Assembly (NCBI GenBank): GCA_036381195.1
Contig: DASVDH010000078.1
Location: 10,250 to 74,249, forward strand
Source of the DNA: Longimicrobiales bacterium
GTDB taxonomy: Bacteria; Gemmatimonadota; Gemmatimonadetes; Longimicrobiales; RSA9
Length of the DNA stretch: 64,000 nucleotides
Reading direction: 5' to 3'
The notes under the pieces are model-generated. The model was not told the origin of the DNA, did no database searches, and saw only the letters and a list, made by a program, of their open reading frames with translations. A program made the position numbers and the translations under genes. This document shows positions 26,101-36,316 of this stretch, piece after piece (position 1 is the first letter of the stretch; the number at the start of each line of letters is the position of its first letter).

Positions 26101-27576
26101 TCAGCTCGCGACCTGCGGCTCCGGCCTCTGGCTCCGCCGCATCGAGCGGATCAGGTCGCGGAGCTCGGAGATGACCGGCAGCCCGGTGGCGAGCACGAGA
26201 GCCGAATAGCTGACCATGCCGAGCCCCACGAGGACAACGAGCGTCGTCGCGGGTGACCAGCTCGCGGGGAGCAGGTGCCCGGCGGCCCAGACGAGAACGG
26301 CCATCGCCATGGCGCAGAGGAGCGGGCCGCTGACCGAGCGCGCGACCTCGGAGAAACGCAGGTCGATGAGGCGTCCCGCGATGGCGATGCACGGGTAGCA
26401 GATCACCACGTTCGCCAGGAAGTACCAGAGCGCGACGGCCTGCACGGTCCCCTGGAGGACCCCGACGACGATCCCGACGATCAGCGTTCCGGATCCTCCG
26501 ACCCCCCACCAGAACATCCGGTCGGTCCGGCCCTGCGATGTGTAGATCCACCCCGTCGGGCTGCACATGGACTGGATGACGCCGACGAAGCAGAGGATGC
26601 GGAGCAGCGGCGCGACTCCGATCCACCGCTCGCCGAAGAGCGTCAGGACGAAGGGTTCCGCGACCACGACGAGGCCCAGCATCATCGGGAAGGCGATCAG
26701 CGCGATCGTCGGCATGGCGCGCAGGTAGATCCGCTTGACGCGCGCCCGATCCTGCTGGATGGACGACAGCGCCGGGAACATGACGTTACCGAGCACGGAG
26801 ATCACCTCGCTGATCGGGAGGAGCATCAGGCTGTACGCCCGGCTGTAGATGCCGAGGGGGGCGGATCCGAGAAACTTGCCGATCAGCAGGTTGTCGGCGT
26901 TGCGGGCCCAGTAGTTGATCACCCCGAAACCGACGAGGTTGCTGCTGTAGCCCAGGAGCTCGCGGACCGCGGAAACCGAGAACTGCAGGGTCGGCCGCCA
27001 GCGCGAGAATGCGAGGGCGAGGCCGCTGGTGGAGGCCGCCGAGACGAGTCCCTGGATGACGAGGGCCCACGCCCCCAGGCCGGCGTAGGCGAGCCCCACC
27101 GCGACGATCCCGGCCACCAGGGCGGCGAGGACGTTCAGGGCGGCGACGCGGTCGAACGCCATGCGCCTGCGGAGGAGCGCGGCGGGGACGATGCCGAACG
27201 CGCTCAGCAGGAAATTCAGCCCGATCGCCCGAGTGATGCCCACGAGCATCGGGGTCTCGTAGAAGGTCGCAACGAAGGGTGCGGCGACCCAGAAGACGGT
27301 CGCGAGCAGCGCGCCCGCCGCGACGTTCACCCAGAAGATGCTGGCGAGGTGGATGGGCCGGAGGTCGGGCCGATAGACGACGGCGGAACTGAACCCGAAC
27401 TCGGCGAACAGGGTCGCGAAGCCGATGAACACGGCGACCATGCCGACGAGGCCGTAGTCCTCCGGAAGGAGCAGGCGGGCGAGGATGACGGAGAGCGTGA
27501 ACTGGATCGCTTGCTGGATGACACGCGCGACGGTGTTCCAGGCGATGCCCGTGACTGTGCGCTCCTTCAACGACAT
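26101..27576 (-). CDS. Wzx-type flippase / polysaccharide biosynthesis protein (MOP superfamily)
   Basis: ATG 27576 gives MSLKERTVTGIAWNTVARVIQQAIQFTLSVILARLL..., a typical N-terminus for this family. 491 aa and polytopic. The upstream 162 aa of ORF 26101..28062 are junk. Confidence 0.85.
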   Translation of the reverse strand: MSLKERTVTGIAWNTVARVIQQAIQFTLSVILARLLLPEDYGLVGMVAVFIGFATLFAEFGFSSAVVYRPDLRPIHLASIFWVNVAAGALLATVFWVAAPFVATFYETPMLVGITRAIGLNFLLSAFGIVPAALLRRRMAFDRVAALNVLAALVAGIVAVGLAYAGLGAWALVIQGLVSAASTSGLALAFSRWRPTLQFSVSAVRELLGYSSNLVGFGVINYWARNADNLLIGKFLGSAPLGIYSRAYSLMLLPISEVISVLGNVMFPALSSIQQDRARVKRIYLRAMPTIALIAFPMMLGLVVVAEPFVLTLFGERWIGVAPLLRILCFVGVIQSMCSPTGWIYTSQGRTDRMFWWGVGGSGTLIVGIVVGVLQGTVQAVALWYFLANVVICYPCIAIAGRLIDLRFSEVARSVSGPLLCAMAMAVLVWAAGHLLPASWSPATTLVVLVGLGMVSYSALVLATGLPVISELRDLIRSMRRSQRPEPQVAS

Positions 27577-27598
27577 CGAGGGATCTCGCTCCGCAGTC

Positions 27599-29293
27599 TC
27601 ACTGAGAAGAGACCCGCGCGACTCCAGCGGGGCAGGCGCTGGCATCGGCTGCAGGGTTGCGCCACCGGAACGCAGTGAGCCGGAGGCCGGCAGGGAGTGA
27701 GAGGGTCTCCGTATGGTCCCGCAGGTAAGCAGCGGTGGCTGGAGGCACCGACCAGGTCTGGCCCAGGTGCTTGTCCTCGACGACGACGAGGCCGCTGCGC
27801 TGGCACGCGATGAGGCGCGCCACGGATTCCGGGTGCGTGATGGTCGGCCGGAGCAGGTTGGACGCGATCGAGAACTCGGGTTCGCTCCCGAGCGCGGTGG
27901 CGGAGAGGACCACGTCCACGCGGCCGAGATAGAAGAGGGCCTTGAGGCCCGATGACGACACGATGACGGCGGAGCTGTCCACGACGGTTCGCAAGGCAGC
28001 GGTCGCCGCCGCCCAATCGGGCTCGCCTCGATAGAGGATGGGCGCGGCCCAGTCCGCGTCATCGACCGTCAGCATCTTGTAGCTCAGCCGGTAGGCGCTG
28101 TTGGCGGTGACCAGGTAGCCGATGACGATCGCGAGCGAGACCTTCGTTGCGGGCGCGGCGAGCCGCCGGGCAGTGGCGGGCCAGCGAGCGCTGTGCCACA
28201 GGGCCCGCACCCGCCGGGAGGTCCACCGTAGCGCCGCCGCCGCGGCGATGCCCCACAGGGCGAAGAGGAGCGGCATCGCGTAGAACAGGAAGCGCGGGTT
28301 CTTCCAGGCCGCGAGCGAGTGGGTCGCGAACGCGATCAGGAAGATGGCGCCGGCGAACGCCGCGAACCGCGGGTGGCGGTGCAGGGCCACGACGAGCACG
28401 ATGGGCAGCAGGGACCACATCGTGGGATAGCCGTCGAGCAGGAAGCGGACGTAGTAGAGAGGATCGTCCGCCATCCCCGCGGCCCAGAGGTCGGCGTAGG
28501 TGAAGAGCTCGAGGTAGCGCGGGAGCAGACGGCGGGCCGCGAAGGCGGCCGGCAGTGATGCGACGAGCAGAGCGGGAAGCCACCACCGCCATCGACGCCC
28601 GACCGCCGCGAGGGTCTCGCCGCGGACGAGCAGCAGCAGTGCGGCGAGGGTGACGCCTCCCAGCCCGATCACGGTCGTGACCTGCAGATGATACGCCAGC
28701 CCGAACGCGCCGAACGCGCCCGCGATGAGCGCTGCGCGGCGGGCCGAGGACAGGGGCGCTGTGCAGAGGTGGAACACCGCGATCGCGCCCAGCAGGAAAA
28801 GCAGCGCATGGATCGTGTAGAAGCGCGTGAGCTGGGAGAGATAGAGCGCAGTGGGGTCGAGGCACAGGAAGAGCGCGGCGAGCCACGCCGCGGCGCGCCC
28901 GGCAACGGATCGCGTCCAGAGGAACAGGACCGCGATGAGCGCCGTGCCGGCGAGCACGGCCGGGATCCGCGCGACGACCACGCTCTCGCCGAAGAGCCGG
29001 AACATCGCTGCGACGAGATACGTGAACGCGCGCGCCCGCGTGTACATGCCGCCATCCTCTCCGAGGCGGAGCGTTCCATCCTCGAGGAGCGAACGTGCGG
29101 CGAGGATGTGGTTCAGCTCGTCGACCTGGACCGTGTGGTCGAGCCGGATCGAGCGGATGGCCAGCGCAATGGCCGTGAGGAGCGCCAGATCCCGCCACGG
29201 GATGCCCCCGAGCGCCGCGGTGGCATGGAAGGGAGCCGCGCGGGGAAGCACCCGGCTCCCGGTCTCAGGCACAGCGATCCCGGTCGATCCCAT
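27599..29293 (-). CDS. GT-C (ArnT/PMT, GT39/83)-like membrane glycosyltransferase
   Basis: ATG 29293. The polytopic N-terminal part has a loop-1 acidic motif region (VDELNHILAARSLLEDG). A C-terminal ~150 aa soluble domain ends ...LTAFRWR. Confidence 0.65.
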   Translation of the reverse strand: MGSTGIAVPETGSRVLPRAAPFHATAALGGIPWRDLALLTAIALAIRSIRLDHTVQVDELNHILAARSLLEDGTLRLGEDGGMYTRARAFTYLVAAMFRLFGESVVVARIPAVLAGTALIAVLFLWTRSVAGRAAAWLAALFLCLDPTALYLSQLTRFYTIHALLFLLGAIAVFHLCTAPLSSARRAALIAGAFGAFGLAYHLQVTTVIGLGGVTLAALLLLVRGETLAAVGRRWRWWLPALLVASLPAAFAARRLLPRYLELFTYADLWAAGMADDPLYYVRFLLDGYPTMWSLLPIVLVVALHRHPRFAAFAGAIFLIAFATHSLAAWKNPRFLFYAMPLLFALWGIAAAAALRWTSRRVRALWHSARWPATARRLAAPATKVSLAIVIGYLVTANSAYRLSYKMLTVDDADWAAPILYRGEPDWAAATAALRTVVDSSAVIVSSSGLKALFYLGRVDVVLSATALGSEPEFSIASNLLRPTITHPESVARLIACQRSGLVVVEDKHLGQTWSVPPATAAYLRDHTETLSLPAGLRLTAFRWRNPAADASACPAGVARVSSQ

Positions 29294-29669
29294 GACGGAG
29301 CCCTCGTGAGGAGAGCGCCCACCGGTCTGCCGTCCCGACCCGTCGGTCGGTTCGGCGAGAGCGACGCACGCCCTGGCGTCGCGGGGCAGGAGAAAAACGA
29401 GCGGCGCACGCCGGTGGCGGTGCCGGGCCGGCGCGGCCGCAGCCGCCGGGTCGCGTGCAAAGTCTGTGCACCCGGAGGGCATCGCCGGACGGGCGGGCCG
29501 AGGGCGGCAGGCACGCGGCGCGGCCGCGGGTTCGGCGCACCTGGCAGCCGGGGGGCTGTGGTCAGGCGGGGCAATGTGTAGCGCGGCCGCAACGCCGCGG
29601 CCGAGCCGGCGGCGGGCACGCCGGCGCCGGCGCGAGGGTCGCAGGCGAGCGGCCGGCGAACGCGTTGCG

Positions 29670-29685
29670 TGGTACTCGCCTTGCA
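29670..29685 (+). promoter_or_regulatory. candidate sigma-54 (-24/-12) promoter for the GT4/GT2 pair
   Basis: Plus strand reads TGGTAC-TCGCC-TTGCA, one mismatch to TGGCAC-N5-TTGCA. Predicted TSS is near 29697, only ~8 nt before ATG 29704. Confidence 0.6.
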
Positions 29686-29703
29686 ACTCCGCGGTGGGCT
29701 GGA

Positions 29704-30846
29704 ATGCACAGCGATCCCGAACGCGCCGCCGCACGCCTCTCGATCCTGCACGTGCTCGCCCCGGCCCGGGTCGGCGGTCTCGAGCGCGTGGTCCATGCCC
29801 TTGCGATCGGCCAGCATCGGGCCGGGCACGATGTCCGGGTCGCAGCGGTCCTGGAGCCCGGGGCGGAAGAGCATCCGTTCGTGCGCCCGCTGGAGGATGC
29901 CGGCGTTCCCGTCGTGGGGATCGTGCTCGGCTCCCGATCCTACCTGCGGGAAAGGCGGGATGTTGCGCGGATCTGCCGGGCAGGGCGGCCCGCGGTGATG
30001 CACACGCACGGGTACAGGACGGATGTTCTGCATGGCGGGCTCGCGCGGTCGCTGGCCATCCCGGTGGTGACGACGGTGCACGGCTTCACGGGTGGCGGCC
30101 TGAAGAACCGGGTGTACGAGTGGCTGCAGCGCCGCGCGTTCCGCCGGTTCGACGCGGTGGTCGCCGTGTCGCGTCCACTGGGCGAGGCGCTCGGTCGCGC
30201 GGGCGTGCCGCGGCACCGGCTGCACGTGGTCCCCAACGCGTGGCCGGGGGACCGTCACCTGGAGGAGCGTGACGCGGCGCGGAGAGCTCTCGGCGTTCCG
30301 GCGGACGCCTTCCACATCGGCTGGGTCGGCCGCCTCAGCCCCGAGAAGGGGCCGGATGTGATGCTGGAGGCGCTGGGACAGCTGCGGGACCTGCCGTTCG
30401 TCGCTTCCTTCATCGGAGCCGGGCCGGAGCAACCGGCGCTGGAGCGGCGGGCCGCGCGGCTGGGCCTCGCGAAGCAGGTCCTGTGGCACGGCGTGCTGCC
30501 GGAAGCGGGCCGGTGGTTCCGCGCATTCGACGTGCTGGTGCTGAGCTCGCGCAGCGAAGGGACGCCGATCGTGCTCTTCGAGGCCATGGCGGCCGGCGTG
30601 CCGATCGTGGCGACGCGGGTCGGCGGTGTGCCCGATGTGCTGGGCGAGGGCGCGGCGCTGCTCGTGGAGCCGGAGGCGCCGGCGGCCATCGCCCGCGCGC
30701 TCCGCGCGATTCACGAAGCGCCGGCCGCGGCAGCCGAGCGGGCGCGCGCGGCGCGCGAGCGGCTGGCGCGCGAGTTTTCCATGGAGCCGTGGCTGGCCCG
30801 CTACGAAGCGATCTACCGGGCCGTGGCGCGGCAGCAGCGCGCCTGA
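29704..30846 (+). CDS. glycosyltransferase, GT4/group-1 type
   Basis: The ATG at 29704 gives MHSDPERAAARLSILHVLAPARVGGLERVV.... The C-terminal part reads VLVLSSRSEGTPIVLFEAMAAGVPIVATRVGGVPDVL. Confidence 0.85.
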   Translation: MHSDPERAAARLSILHVLAPARVGGLERVVHALAIGQHRAGHDVRVAAVLEPGAEEHPFVRPLEDAGVPVVGIVLGSRSYLRERRDVARICRAGRPAVMHTHGYRTDVLHGGLARSLAIPVVTTVHGFTGGGLKNRVYEWLQRRAFRRFDAVVAVSRPLGEALGRAGVPRHRLHVVPNAWPGDRHLEERDAARRALGVPADAFHIGWVGRLSPEKGPDVMLEALGQLRDLPFVASFIGAGPEQPALERRAARLGLAKQVLWHGVLPEAGRWFRAFDVLVLSSRSEGTPIVLFEAMAAGVPIVATRVGGVPDVLGEGAALLVEPEAPAAIARALRAIHEAPAAAAERARAARERLAREFSMEPWLARYEAIYRAVARQQRA

Positions 30847-30874
30847 CGGGCGCGCAGCGACAACCCGACCGACG

Positions 30875-32050
30875 ATGCCGATCCTCTATTCCATCGCCTG
30901 CGTCTCCATCGCGCTGATCCTTTACACCTACGCGGGCTATCCACTCATCCTGGGCGTGCTGGGCCTGCTGCGCCGGCGGCCGCGGCCGCCGGCGCCCCCG
31001 GCGGTCTGGCCGATGGTCAGCATCAGTCTCCCGGTCTACAACGAGGAAGCGCAGATCGGGCAAACCCTGGAGAGTCTGCTCGCGCTGGACTACCCGCGGG
31101 ACCGATTGCAGATCGTGGTGATCTCGGATGCGTCGACCGACCGGACGGACGAGATCGTCAAGGGGTTCGCGGATCGCGGCGTCGAGCTGCTCCGCCTGGC
31201 GCGGCGCGGTGGGAAGACCGCCGCGGAGAACGTGGCGCGCTCGCACCTGCGCGGGGAGATCGTCGTCAACACGGATGCCTCGATCAGGCTGGCGCGGGAT
31301 TCGATCAAGGCGCTGGTCGCGTGGTTCGGCGACCCGACGGTGGGGGTCGCATCGGGCAGGGACGTGAGCATCAGCCGCGTGTCCCGCGATGCGAACACGG
31401 GCGAATCGGGTTACGTGGGATACGAGATGTGGGTGCGCAGCCTCGAGACGCGGGTGGACGGGATCGTCGGCGCGTCGGGGAGCCTCTACGCGATTCGGGC
31501 GGAGCTGAACAGGCACGTGCTGCCGGAGGCGTTGAGCCGGGACTTCGCGGCGGCGCTGGTCGCCCGCGAGGCGGGGTATCGCGCCGTATCCGTTCCCGAG
31601 GCGGTGTGCTACGTGCCACGCGCCCCCTCGTTGCGCCGCGAGTACCGGCGAAAGGTCCGGACGATCACGCGAGGGCTCGGGACGCTCCATTACAAGCGCC
31701 ACCTCCTGAACCCGCTGCGCTACGGCGTGTTCGCGTGGATGCTCTTCAGCCACAAGCTGTGCCGCTGGCTCGTGCCCTGGGCGCTGGCGATGCTCGCGGT
31801 CGCAGTTGCGGCGCTGGCGCTGGTCGAGCCGTGGGCGCGGGTGGCCGCGGGCGCGATGGGCCTCGGGCTCGCGCTCGCGGGCGCGGGATGGTTGTGGCCG
31901 ACGGAGCGAGGCATGCCCCGGTTGCTCGGGATCCCGGCGTACCTCGTCGCCGGCAACATTGCGGCGCTGCACGCATGGATCCGGGCGTTCCGGGGCCAGC
32001 TGAATCCGATCTGGGAGCCGACGCGGCGGGAGCCCGTGCGGGCCGGGTGA
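30875..32050 (+). CDS. glycosyltransferase family 2, membrane-integrated (processive/synthase-like topology)
   Basis: The ATG at 30875 gives an N-terminal TM helix (MPILYSIACVSIALILYTYAGYPLILG). VSISLPVYNEE, VISDASTDRT and C-terminal TM helices are present. Confidence 0.8.
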   Translation: MPILYSIACVSIALILYTYAGYPLILGVLGLLRRRPRPPAPPAVWPMVSISLPVYNEEAQIGQTLESLLALDYPRDRLQIVVISDASTDRTDEIVKGFADRGVELLRLARRGGKTAAENVARSHLRGEIVVNTDASIRLARDSIKALVAWFGDPTVGVASGRDVSISRVSRDANTGESGYVGYEMWVRSLETRVDGIVGASGSLYAIRAELNRHVLPEALSRDFAAALVAREAGYRAVSVPEAVCYVPRAPSLRREYRRKVRTITRGLGTLHYKRHLLNPLRYGVFAWMLFSHKLCRWLVPWALAMLAVAVAALALVEPWARVAAGAMGLGLALAGAGWLWPTERGMPRLLGIPAYLVAGNIAALHAWIRAFRGQLNPIWEPTRREPVRAG

Positions 32051-32052
32051 GC

Positions 32053-32075
32053 GCGGGCGGGGGACGCCCGCCCGC
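32053..32075. terminator. GC-rich hairpin between convergent genes (possible terminator)
   Basis: 9-bp perfect stem GCGGGCGGG/CCCGCCCGC with a 5-nt loop, starting 3 nt after the TGA of 30875..32050. No U-tract. Confidence 0.35.
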
Positions 32076-32166
32076 AGGATGCGGGTTGCCCTCCGCCTTG
32101 ACGGCGCGACCCTCGCGCGTGCGGATGTCCAGGGCGGATCGTGCCGGGGCGACGCGGCCGGCGTCC

Positions 32167-33513
32167 TCAGGCCGGCCGGGGGCCGGACGGGCCGTCGGCC
32201 TTTCTCAGCAGCCGGTCCATCTCGCTTGCGAGCGTCGGGTAGTCGATGGCGGCCGCGGGCTCGATCCGGGCGGGCTGCGCCCGCAGCCACAGCCGCCGGA
32301 GGACGGAGACGATCCCGTCGATGTCCGTCGGCTCGCACGCGATCGCGCCGATCCGGCGCGCCTCCCGCGCGGCAGCGCTCGATGACTCCCCGATGACGAG
32401 CGTCGGCAGCCCCAGCGCCACGCACTCGTAGAGCTTGGCGGGGACCTGCATCTCCTGATCCTGGGCCAGGACCAGCGCGAGGTGCGACCGGCAGAGGAGG
32501 CCGAGGGCCTCGTCGCGCGGCAGGATGCCGTGCGTCTCGACGATGTCGCCGAGCGCGCCGGCCGCGACCTGTTCGCGGAGGCGCGCCTCGTGAGGACCGG
32601 CGACCGCGCCGGCGAGGTGCAGCCGCGTCATCGCCCGGGCGTCCGGGTGCTCGGCCAGGAACCCACCCAGCGCCGCCAGGACGGGCCCGAGGTCGCGGCC
32701 CGCGTAGAGCGTGCCGACGTGCGCGACCGAGAGGCCTGGCCCCGGCTCGGCGCTCCGCGCCGGGAGAGGTTCGGGGTCGATTCCGTTGGGGATCCACTCC
32801 ACGGCGAGCGTGGGATACTTGCGACGCGCGGCTTCCGCGAACTCGGCGGTGTTGGCAATGACGAGGGCCGCGCGGCGGAGCACCGCGCGCTCGAGACGTG
32901 GGGTCAGCCAGCGGGCGACGCGGGAGGAAGAAAGGCCCGTGCTCCAGGTCTTGCCGAGCAGGTCCGACCACGGGTCGCGCATGTCGACGCGGTGGAGTCC
33001 GGGTCTCCCGAGAGTGGCGAGCATCCCGGCGACATGGGCCGAGTGTGGCGGGCCGCTGCTGACGACTGCGTCGAAGGCCATGCGCCGCAGCAGGCGGCGC
33101 GCCGCCAACGCGCTCTTCAGCACCCAGCCGCGGGCGTAGTCCGGGAGCTCGAGCAGGATGGCGAGCTCGGCCCGGATGCGCTGGAGCGGGGTGGGCGCCG
33201 ACTCCGTGGCCGGGCCCGCGGCGCCGGAGCCAGTCGGTGCGCCGGGACGCGCGGAGCGGATCCGGCGTGCGACGGCGTTGTAGGCGTCGTTGAGCGTGCG
33301 CGCCCGACGGCAGGTGTGCACGTGGACGCCGGGGACGGCCGTCGCCGCCTCGGCCGCGGTGATCACGTGCACCTCCCAGCCGAGGCGGGCGAGGTACTTG
33401 GCGTACCCAGCCCAACGCAGTCCGCCGACCGACCCGTCCGGCGGGTAATGATACGTGATCACGAGCAACCGCCGTGCGGCGGCGCCGGCCGTTCCCGGCT
33501 CTCGATCGCTCAC
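32167..33513 (-). CDS. glycosyltransferase, GT4/group-1 type
   Basis: GTG 33513 overlaps the stop of the ATP-grasp gene (GTGA). RLLVITYHYPPDGSVGGLRWAGYAKYLARLGWEVHVIT. C-terminal GT-B region. Confidence 0.8.
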   Translation of the reverse strand: MSDREPGTAGAAARRLLVITYHYPPDGSVGGLRWAGYAKYLARLGWEVHVITAAEAATAVPGVHVHTCRRARTLNDAYNAVARRIRSARPGAPTGSGAAGPATESAPTPLQRIRAELAILLELPDYARGWVLKSALAARRLLRRMAFDAVVSSGPPHSAHVAGMLATLGRPGLHRVDMRDPWSDLLGKTWSTGLSSSRVARWLTPRLERAVLRRAALVIANTAEFAEAARRKYPTLAVEWIPNGIDPEPLPARSAEPGPGLSVAHVGTLYAGRDLGPVLAALGGFLAEHPDARAMTRLHLAGAVAGPHEARLREQVAAGALGDIVETHGILPRDEALGLLCRSHLALVLAQDQEMQVPAKLYECVALGLPTLVIGESSSAAAREARRIGAIACEPTDIDGIVSVLRRLWLRAQPARIEPAAAIDYPTLASEMDRLLRKADGPSGPRPA

Positions 33514-34715
33514 GGCGTTCCCTTCCCTGCCCTCGCGAACCAGTCCAGGGACTCCCGCAGCGCCGGCGCGGGATCGGACCAGCGGAAGACCTCGCTGCGG
33601 TCGCCGGGTCTCCACGGCACGAGGACAGCCAGGAGCGACCGCCACCTGGGCGGGAAGTCCGGCGGGAGGGCGAGCTCCTCCCGCGATCGCCTCAGGATCG
33701 CGAGCAGGTGATCCACGTCCCCCCACCACCACCGGCTCCGGACGCCCGCGCGGTACGGCGGCTGCGGCGGCAGCGGCTCGCCGAGCGCCAGCCGGACGAG
33801 CCGGACCGGAAAGTCCACACCGGCGTCCACGGCGAGCTGGAGCGAGCCCCAGAACCTGCCGTTCACCTCCATGAGGTATGGCTCGCCCGTGGACGCGTCG
33901 ACCTTGTACTCGACCATCGCCACGCCCTGCCAGCCGAAGCCTGCCAGGAGCGCCGTCGAGGCGCGGACCAGCTCCGGATCCGGCGGGATGCTCTCGCGGT
34001 AGACGCTGACCCCGCCAGCGGGTGGCCTCTCGCGGATCCGGCGGTGGGAGAACACCGCGTCCGTGCGGCCGTCCCACAGCAGGAGGAAGATGCCGACGCC
34101 GGGGCCGATGATCCGCTGCTGGAGCAGGACGGGGAAGGCCGCATCCGGCAGTTGCGCCAGGCGCCGGCGCAGCTCGCCCTCGTCGCGGGCGAACGCCACG
34201 CCGAGCTTCAGCCTTCCGTGGCCGCTCTCGGCCACGGACCGCGCCGGCTTCACGACGAGCGGGTAGCGCAACGAATCCAGATCCAGGGCGCCGGCGTCCT
34301 CCGGGCGGGCCAGGATCCGCTGCTCGGGGACCGAGATCCCGACCTGCCGCGCCGCTGCGAGGACGCGCGCCTTGTCGCAGGCCGCGCGGAACACGGGCTC
34401 TTCCGGGAAGGGGACGCAGATGCCGCCGAAGCGGGAACGCTCGCTGAGGACCGCGAGGAGAGAGGCCTCGGTGACGGGGAGGAGGACGCGCGCGCCGGTG
34501 GTCCGGGCACGCTGCTCGACTGCCTGCACGAACCCGCGTGCGTCGCGCAGCGGGTCGGGCACGCGCTGCTCATCCGCGCAATACCTCGAGGCGCCCGCGA
34601 GGGAGCGCCCCCGCGTCGAGCAGACGTGGACCGTGTATCCGGCCCGCCCCAACGAGCGGACAACGGCGAGAGCAGCGCGCTCGTCACCATCCGTCACGAG
34701 GACCGGGATAGCCAT
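33510..34715 (-). CDS. ATP-grasp domain protein (carboxylate-amine ligase type)
   Basis: MAIPVLVTDGDERAALAVVRSLGRAGY (pre-ATP-grasp), YPLVVKPARS, VLLQQRIIGPGVGIF and MVEYKVD...YLMEVNGRFWGSL. Confidence 0.8.
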   Translation of the reverse strand: MAIPVLVTDGDERAALAVVRSLGRAGYTVHVCSTRGRSLAGASRYCADEQRVPDPLRDARGFVQAVEQRARTTGARVLLPVTEASLLAVLSERSRFGGICVPFPEEPVFRAACDKARVLAAARQVGISVPEQRILARPEDAGALDLDSLRYPLVVKPARSVAESGHGRLKLGVAFARDEGELRRRLAQLPDAAFPVLLQQRIIGPGVGIFLLLWDGRTDAVFSHRRIRERPPAGGVSVYRESIPPDPELVRASTALLAGFGWQGVAMVEYKVDASTGEPYLMEVNGRFWGSLQLAVDAGVDFPVRLVRLALGEPLPPQPPYRAGVRSRWWWGDVDHLLAILRRSREELALPPDFPPRWRSLLAVLVPWRPGDRSEVFRWSDPAPALRESLDWFARAGKGTP

Positions 34716-34725
34716 TCGGGGCAGG

Positions 34726-36177
34726 TCAGGAGCGCGGGCGCCGCACGGGGATTCGGGCGGCCACCTGCCGCGGGTGCGCCCCAGCTACGCGGTCGGCCAC
34801 GGCGGGGCGCCCGTGGACGGAACGGACGCCCGTCACCTTGGCGAGCCCGACGATGACGCCGTGGACGACGAACATGTACGCAGCATACGCCTGAGACAGG
34901 AAGAAGCCGCAGATCACGTAGCCGATGATGGTCCCCGCGAGCGCGTGGCCGAGGACCACCTCGTCCGATTGGGTGGTCCCGCGGCCCGGCGCAGGATCGA
35001 TGCTGCGTGCCGTCCTGTACGCATGGACCAGGAGGAGCACGAGTGCGACCAGGCCGCCGATCCCGAGCTCCGCGCCGATCTCCACGAAGGAGTTGTGCGC
35101 AGCGGACCACTTCAGGCCGATTCCGTACTCCTGCCGCTCGGCCAGCGGAGAGATCGTGCCCTCCGCGACCGGGAACGCGCGGACGCCGACGCCCGTCACG
35201 GGGCGGGACAGCATGTAGCCGATTCCTCGTTTCCAGACCTCCATCCGACCGGCCTCGGAGTTGCCGCTCCAGTTGTAGTCCTGCGTAGGATGGAGCAGCG
35301 TGCGCATCATGCTCCAGTAGGTGTCGTTGCCGGCCAGCAGCAGCAACGCCAAGCACGCGCCGACCGCCGCCATGCGCACCTTCACGGGGACCGACCGGAA
35401 CGCCAGCAGGAGATAGCCGCCCACGCCGAGCAGGCCCAGGAACGCCCCCCGCGAGCCCGTCTTGATGATCACAAGCACGAACAGACCGATGCAGAGGGCG
35501 GCGGCGGCGCGCCCGAGGAGAGTGCGTCCGCGGAGCACGAAGAAAACGGCGAGCGGGAGGGAGCAGACGAGCAGCATGCCGAGGTCGTTCGCATCGTAGT
35601 AGACGATGTTTCCCAGACGTCCGCTCGGCCCGATGCTCAGATTCAGATACACGAACTGTGCGTAGATCGCGCCGCCGATCACGATGAAGGCGGCGTAGCG
35701 GCGCACATCCTCCAGCGTCCGGATGCTCGCCGCGAGGATGATCATGAGCAGGAAGTTCTTGCTCAGGTCATCCTTGATGAAGCCGAAGCTCAGTCCCTGA
35801 TAGAGACTGGTGGGGACGGAGGCCACGGCGAGCGCCACGATCGCGATGACGCAGGCGGTCACCGGATGCCGGATCGTGTTCAGCTTGCGCCGAGGATCCC
35901 CGTCCATCACGTAGAGGCCATACATCGCGAGCGAGGCGAGGATCGGCAGCTTGACCGTCGCGAGGATCGGGTAGAGGTCCTGGACGCGCCAGACGTACGT
36001 CAGGATGCTCACTGCCACCGCGAGCAGGAGCATGTCTACTTTCGCGGATTGCCGGGCCGCGACCACGCGCGTGCGCCCTGCCCGCGCCCCTGCCACGGGC
36101 GGAGCGGGAGGTCGCCGGATGCCGGCCGGGGTTCGGCCGATCGTGCCAGGTGGAAGACGGATCGACATGCGCCTCAT
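34726..36177 (-). CDS. O-antigen ligase/polymerase (Wzy_C-domain) family membrane protein
   Basis: Polytopic. KTGSRGAFLGLLG and SAAHNSFVEIGAELGIGG motifs are typical of the O-antigen-ligase domain. The N-terminal 48 aa are Arg/Pro-rich, so the true start may be ATG 36033. Confidence 0.75.
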   Translation of the reverse strand: MRRMSIRLPPGTIGRTPAGIRRPPAPPVAGARAGRTRVVAARQSAKVDMLLLAVAVSILTYVWRVQDLYPILATVKLPILASLAMYGLYVMDGDPRRKLNTIRHPVTACVIAIVALAVASVPTSLYQGLSFGFIKDDLSKNFLLMIILAASIRTLEDVRRYAAFIVIGGAIYAQFVYLNLSIGPSGRLGNIVYYDANDLGMLLVCSLPLAVFFVLRGRTLLGRAAAALCIGLFVLVIIKTGSRGAFLGLLGVGGYLLLAFRSVPVKVRMAAVGACLALLLLAGNDTYWSMMRTLLHPTQDYNWSGNSEAGRMEVWKRGIGYMLSRPVTGVGVRAFPVAEGTISPLAERQEYGIGLKWSAAHNSFVEIGAELGIGGLVALVLLLVHAYRTARSIDPAPGRGTTQSDEVVLGHALAGTIIGYVICGFFLSQAYAAYMFVVHGVIVGLAKVTGVRSVHGRPAVADRVAGAHPRQVAARIPVRRPRS

Positions 36178-36316
36178 CCGTGAAAGGAAGCCGAAGCACG
36201 TGCACGTGGGCCGCAGCCGATGCCGCCGCCGGGGAGCCCTCCGGCGGGTGCGACCGCAGCGCGCTGGCTGCCGACGCCAGTCGTGGGCGGACCCGCCGCG
36301 ATCGGAGCCGGTCCGT